Assembly: GCA_009782785.1 (NCBI GenBank)
Contig: WRIJ01000009.1
Span: forward strand, 25,111-89,110
Direction of reading: 5' to 3'
From: Propionibacteriaceae bacterium
GTDB taxonomy: Bacteria; Actinomycetota; Actinomycetes; Propionibacteriales; Propionibacteriaceae
Length of the DNA: 64,000 nt
Shown: positions 60,401 to 64,000 of the stretch, in pieces
Layout of the letters: every line of letters begins with the position of its first letter
How positions within the stretch are numbered: the stretch's first letter is position 1
The notes under the pieces: generated by a model
Databases searched by the model: none
What the model was told of the DNA's origin: nothing
The model's input: the letters and a program-made list of their open reading frames with translations, nothing else
Translations under genes and position numbers: made by a program

Positions 60401-60809
60401 TGTAGATGTGTTCACCCAGATCGACTTGGTGGAGGGCGGCTTTGGCGCGGCGAGTACGCTCTGCTTTGCTCACCCCCGACAAGGTGAGAGCGAGTTCCAC
60501 GTTGGCGAGAACAGTTTGGTGGGGAATGAGGTTGTAGTTTTGGAAGACGAAACCGATGCGATTATTTCGGTAGGTGTCCCAGTCCCGATCGGAGTATTTC
60601 CGCGTGGAAACATCATCAATAATGAGGTCCCCCGCGTCAGCGTGATCCAATCCGCCCACGATATTAAGCATGGTGGTTTTGCCTGAACCCGAAGGGCCAA
60701 GGATGGCGACAAATTCGTTGTCGCGGAAAGTAACACTCACTCCATCGAGGGCAGCTTGAGTAAAAGAGCCAGTACGATAGGTCTTGTGAACATTGTCTAA
60801 ATGGAGCAC
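57444..60809 (-). CDS. Fused ABC transporter ATP-binding / FtsX-type permease protein (MacB-like) with a very large extracytoplasmic region
   Basis: Walker A GPSGSGKTT, signature LSGGQMQR and Walker B LLADEPT. Then one TM helix, roughly 730 aa including a Pro/Thr/Ser-rich stretch and a Met/Gln/Ser-rich stretch, and a C-terminal FtsX 3-TM module. I chose the GTG at 60809; the track ORF extends to 60908. Confidence 0.85.
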   Translation of the reverse strand: MLHLDNVHKTYRTGSFTQAALDGVSVTFRDNEFVAILGPSGSGKTTMLNIVGGLDHADAGDLIIDDVSTRKYSDRDWDTYRNNRIGFVFQNYNLIPHQTVLANVELALTLSGVSKAERTRRAKAALHQVDLGEHIYKRPNQLSGGQMQRVAIARALINDPEILLADEPTGALDSKTGVHVMNLLEDIAQQRLVIMVTHNPELAEEYATRTISLRDGKVVDDTDPYHPHSNVRHAKKARRTSMSFLTAISLSFRNLMTKKGRTLMTSFAGSIGIVGIATILALANGVNAYIRGVEENTLSLYPLQIQTQGIDMTSMIMAGQDIHDSIHDTGDSDLHEVAMITRMLSEVASNDLKSLKTYLDSPESGISDHVRSIQYNYNVTPQIFSTDTTNEVRQVNPNKMFTSLGFGGDSSSALMNMGMTTNVFNSLPDDMSLISDQYDVLAGRWPQGPDELVLVVTGSGGISDMALYTMGLRDPAELDQMIQDMSENKPIHTPDNRVRLSYDDVMSVTFKLVNAARFYEYDAKYKLWTDRSNDETWMRYVVSSGTTLRVVGVVTSAEDSTNVMLRPGLYYPMSMVYHLIDQAADSDIVRAQLANPELNVFSGITFEEEAENPGMGDFDFSSLLNIDADAFGSMFNVDFSGLSMPSGPSLGSMDLSSMSGSMPQVPPPDLTAMLSGMSIEVSDEALTDLLTQTLSDYLRDTMGSATLPVIPPAPQSDPTTPTQPSPSALPQQSVEPSAQTSSEPSDPGSTGDPTGDPTSAPTMLPTALPTTGPTALPSSLPTGLPTSMPSEFPTTMPNLPGDIGGSFAEWFNQPQNQAVFMGRLMNTINTDTLEAQASQALAGYMQTTMQTMLTSMMGNLQSQLSIAMQASMSQLTSQLSSAMDIDPQRFADIFDFDLDPEQLTSLLMSMMNRQRHSVESNLQTLGYAELDDPYSIDIYPNDFAAKQAVLDSLDSYNDRMKKEDEDKVITYTDIVGTLMTSVTDIIDKISAVLVAFVSISLVVSSIMIGVITYISVLERRKEIGILRALGASKRDIGNVFNAETLIVGFVAGLMGVLITLGLTIIANPLVYKLTDVDRIARLPLNAALILIAVSMALTFLAGLIPSSAASRKDPVEALRSE

Positions 60810-61015
60810 TGTTATCCATCCCCTCGCATCGTGAACTCTGCTGTGAAAGCGGTATTGAAAACACAATTCTACCGTGAATTGGGGGTTCGCGGCGATCGAT
60901 GTACACAAGGTTAGGGGTTATCTCCGTGGAGCCCCTGAGCAGCAAACACCGCCTGACACGGAGTTCTGCCACCTTTCGGTACACTGGGAATCTGAATACA
61001 CAAGAGGGGTGAGCG

Positions 61016-61699
61016 ATGTCGGAACCTATGATCGAATTAACATCGGTCACGAAGGAATACCACCTTGCCTCGGGACCCGTGACTGTACTCGATAAAGTTG
61101 ACCTCACCATTCCACGAGGAGATATCGTTGCTCTGCGCGGGGTTTCCGGATCAGGAAAATCCACTCTGCTGCATCTCCTGGGGGCCATTGATCGACCCAC
61201 CTCAGGGACGGTGAAAGTCGACGGGCTTGATCTGTCGAGTTTAACCCCTGCCGGGCAGTCAGATTTCCGCGCACGTTCGATCGGATTCGTCTTCCAGTTT
61301 TTCAATCTGATGCCCACGTTAACTATTGCTGAGAACGTCTCCAGTGCTTTGGAGCCCCTACGTGTCAACAGGCGCGAGAGAGACGAGGCTGTACGAGTTT
61401 CCCTAGCCAGTGTGGGACTCATGGATCAGGCCAACAAGTATCCTGCCCAACTTTCTGGTGGCCAACAGCAGCGTGCTGCCATTGCTCGTGCCATCGCCAA
61501 GAAACCGCCCGTACTGCTGGCTGATGAACCCACAGGGGCCCTCGATGTGAATACTGCTGGTGTGGTCCTCGACTATCTGGGAAAGATGCAATCAGAGATG
61601 GGCTGTACGCTGATCATTGCCACCCACGACCCAGTGGTCTCTGACTTCACCAAGACGGTTTATCGTGTCGGCGGTGGGGAGCTGGTTCGTGAGCGCTAA
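61016..61699 (+). CDS. ABC transporter ATP-binding protein (MacB/LolD-type)
   Basis: 227-aa ORF with [17 protein letters not shown] and [11 protein letters not shown]. Confidence 0.92.
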   Translation: MSEPMIELTSVTKEYHLASGPVTVLDKVDLTIPRGDIVALRGVSGSGKSTLLHLLGAIDRPTSGTVKVDGLDLSSLTPAGQSDFRARSIGFVFQFFNLMPTLTIAENVSSALEPLRVNRRERDEAVRVSLASVGLMDQANKYPAQLSGGQQQRAAIARAIAKKPPVLLADEPTGALDVNTAGVVLDYLGKMQSEMGCTLIIATHDPVVSDFTKTVYRVGGGELVRER

Positions 61700-64000
61700 C
61701 AAACACTCTCAGGGTTCCGCTTCTCTCGACAGTGTGGATCCTTTCGACCCTCAGTCAGTAGCTGTACCTCGCCGACTGCTGTCACCCGTGGTTGCCCACG
61801 TACTCGGGTCCGCTGCTACCATGCGTGGTCGACTCGCCGCCTTGATCGGAATCACTGCAGCCTGTTTAGGAATCTTCATTGGTGGTTTGTCAGCAATAGA
61901 TTCCACACTCACTGCTCGCGATCAGTGGTTTGAAGAAGGGAAACTCGCCGATCTCCAAGTCTATTTTCGTAGTGTTCCTTCCGACCTGCTTCCAGACTTT
62001 TCTGAGATTGACGGTGTCGAGGACTGGCGTTCACGGGCAGTTGTACGAGGAACAGTAGAGGTGCCAGATAATCCCCATCTCACGATGCAACTCGTCAGTG
62101 GGCCGTACACCAACGACCTTGACCTGCAGTCACTCGTACTGCTCGATGGAGAATACTTGGATGAAGATGACACTGACTCTCTTCTCATCGACTGGCATCT
62201 CAGTGATGCCCACCAGGTCGGCGTCGGTGACGAATTGCGGGTCACTATCGGTGATCATGACCTGACATTGACAGTACGAGGAGTGGTTCGTGATGCAGAA
62301 TTCTTGTTGGCACCAGCAAACCCTTCACTGTTTATACCCACCAAAGGTTCCCTAGGAATAGGGTTCGTCAACGAAGACACCATTGCTGACATTGATGGTT
62401 TCTTGCCCGTCAATTCTGTCCTCATCCGTGGATCAGTTGACAACAGCCATTTGCGCCAGCGGGTCCTCGATTTTGTGGCCGACAAGGACCTCACCCAGGC
62501 GTATGCACTGGGGGCTGAGGAGCAATTTTCGTCACTGTATTTGGAGAAGAATCTTGCTGCTTTCGCCACGGTGGTGCCTGTCATCGTCACCGTGACCGGT
62601 TTGTCATCGATCTTTGTCACCTTCTTCCTTCTCGCCCAATGGTTGACCAGGGAGCGCCAAGCATTAGGCGTACTCATGACCCTGGGGTACACCGCGAGGC
62701 GTTTGGCCATGGCGTTCATGGTTGTTATTGGGATATTGGCCTTCATCTCGATTCTGCTCGGTATAGCTGTTGGGTGGTTCCTCGCCAGGCTGTTTATTTC
62801 CAAATTCGCTACCTCGGTGGGCTTGCCTCTGGCTGCCACACACCTGACAGGTTTGTACGTGTGGACCAGTGTGGCTGGTGCCTGTGCGATGTTCATGGCA
62901 GCTGCGATCTATGCAGGTGTTCAAGTGAGTCATATGACTCCGCTGGATGCGATGCGGCAGGTTACTTCTCGTGGGCGGCATCCTGGGCGATTATCAGGAT
63001 GGTTGGGGGCGATACTTCCAACGAGTTGGTTGAGGATAGCGGTACGAAATACCGTACGAGACAAGCTTGTCTCCGTACTGACTATCGTGTCGATGGCGTT
63101 AGGTTTCGGCATCACGGCGAGTTTTTCGATCGCCTTCTATTCAGTGATTTCCACAGCGCAGTCCCAGGTTGATGCGAGCACCTGGGATGTGCTCGTTGAT
63201 TTTCGTACCCCCCTTGATGAGGACACTCTGACAGGCATTGCCGTGGGGTGCGATGCTGGTGACGTGACAGGTATTATCCGTGGGGCCGTACAAGTCACAG
63301 CACATGATCGCAGCGCCAACCTCTATGCGGGAGGTTTCGACCCGCAGCACTTGTGGTACAAAATTCCGAAGCTCCTCGAAGGTGAGGATGTGAATTCCCA
63401 CCAGCGTGAAGGGATCTTGATAGAGGTATCTACAGCCCAGGAGCTCGGGGTGGGGCTGGGAGACACAGTGGCTTTGGATTCCACCTCAGGGCACTACCAA
63501 GGTGAGGTGATCGGGATCTTCTCTGGGGCGCTGCCTGGGGAAGCCCGATTGACTCGTGACTTTGCTGGGGAAGTCTTCTCTTTAGAAGGAATGCACACAG
63601 GTATGCTGATTCAATCCTCTGATGATCTGGAGGAAAAATCGAAGTGTTTGAATAGCCATAGCGATGTTCAACAAGTGATGCCACTCCAGGAGATTCGTGA
63701 AGAAATCACATCGCTGTCGGATCAAATCACCTCGATCCTTCGCATCGGTTCTGCAGTGTCCATCGTGGTGGCTTTGCTCTTTGTTGTCGCCTGCTTGGGG
63801 TACACAGTCTTGAAACGTTCCGGGTCTTATCAACTCTTGCGGGCCTTGGGTTACAGGGATCGGGTAGTCGTGGCAACGATTGTTACCGAGACGTTGATCT
63901 TGGGGATATGTGCCATGGTTCTTGCCGTACCTATTGGTGCGCTGACAGCTGACTATACTGCCTGGAGAATCTCGCAAGTATGGTTCCACATTGACACTGA
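61689..64000 (+). CDS. ABC transporter permease with two FtsX modules (partial, runs off the window end)
   Basis: The frame is open from the GTG at 61689 (overlapping the ATPase stop) to 64000 by manual translation. An alternative ATG lies at 61821. It has TM-rich blocks with FtsX-type motifs (...RERQALGVLMTLGYTARRL..., ...YQLLRALGYRDRVV...). It is not in the ORF track because no stop lies within the window. Confidence 0.8.
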   Translation, partial: MSANKHSQGSASLDSVDPFDPQSVAVPRRLLSPVVAHVLGSAATMRGRLAALIGITAACLGIFIGGLSAIDSTLTARDQWFEEGKLADLQVYFRSVPSDLLPDFSEIDGVEDWRSRAVVRGTVEVPDNPHLTMQLVSGPYTNDLDLQSLVLLDGEYLDEDDTDSLLIDWHLSDAHQVGVGDELRVTIGDHDLTLTVRGVVRDAEFLLAPANPSLFIPTKGSLGIGFVNEDTIADIDGFLPVNSVLIRGSVDNSHLRQRVLDFVADKDLTQAYALGAEEQFSSLYLEKNLAAFATVVPVIVTVTGLSSIFVTFFLLAQWLTRERQALGVLMTLGYTARRLAMAFMVVIGILAFISILLGIAVGWFLARLFISKFATSVGLPLAATHLTGLYVWTSVAGACAMFMAAAIYAGVQVSHMTPLDAMRQVTSRGRHPGRLSGWLGAILPTSWLRIAVRNTVRDKLVSVLTIVSMALGFGITASFSIAFYSVISTAQSQVDASTWDVLVDFRTPLDEDTLTGIAVGCDAGDVTGIIRGAVQVTAHDRSANLYAGGFDPQHLWYKIPKLLEGEDVNSHQREGILIEVSTAQELGVGLGDTVALDSTSGHYQGEVIGIFSGALPGEARLTRDFAGEVFSLEGMHTGMLIQSSDDLEEKSKCLNSHSDVQQVMPLQEIREEITSLSDQITSILRIGSAVSIVVALLFVVACLGYTVLKRSGSYQLLRALGYRDRVVVATIVTETLILGICAMVLAVPIGALTADYTAWRISQVWFHIDT

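Noticed and set aside
60664-61422. 252-aa minus-strand ORF spanning the divergent ABC promoter region
   Set aside because: It overlaps the starts of two well-supported ABC genes on both sides. Its composition is Arg/Ser/Pro-rich, typical of an off-frame translation.

Overview
This window looks like chromosomal core sequence from a moderate-GC actinobacterium. Gene order and protein signatures are Actinomycetales-like; I cannot name the species from sequence alone. I read about 70 genes.

Gene content, in order:
- Distal ribosomal-protein run rplV to rplO plus secY (12-8031).
- A secreted cell-wall amidase.
- A minus-strand pta-ackA-SDR-acyltransferase operon.
- metG, then a CPBP protease with proline dehydrogenase, then radA.
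- A sugar cluster: nagA, solute-binding protein, ROK kinase and GH1 glycosidase.
- Four paralogous small lipoproteins, two of which form a 686-bp tandem duplication.
- gltX and glnS, then purC-purS-purQ.
- mazG, guaA, katG, a Na+/H+ antiporter and chorismate mutase.
- eno, FtsB-like, DUF501 and ppx.
- Two tRNAs bracketing a small VapBC islet.
- A ClbS/DfsB-like protein, DUF349 and sdhCAB.
- rplS-lepB-rnhB-DUF2469.
- Two divergent MacB/FtsX-type ABC systems. One is a roughly 1120-aa ATPase-permease fusion. The permease of the other runs off the window end.

I saw no rRNA, CRISPR, transposase, integrase or phage genes.

The main signal not explained by genes is a dense population of short repeats that are palindromic and bounded by terminal inverted repeats (TIRs).
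- There are two families, which I call A (about 150-170 bp) and B (about 160 bp), plus solo hairpin arms and short tandem arrays.
- They fill almost every long intergenic gap: 8.1-8.75 kb, 16.0-16.1 kb, 30.5-31.2 kb, 33.0 kb, 35.0-35.3 kb, 49.0-49.7 kb and 57.4 kb.
- The same composite order (array, A, B, A) recurs at two loci.
- One element is nested inside another.
- One element overlaps the gltX stop codon.
- One sits in-frame inside the ppx coding sequence.

A 73-nt tRNA with anticodon UAA but a class-I (short variable loop) fold is also unusual.

All coordinates were read by eye. Repeat boundaries are good to a few nt.
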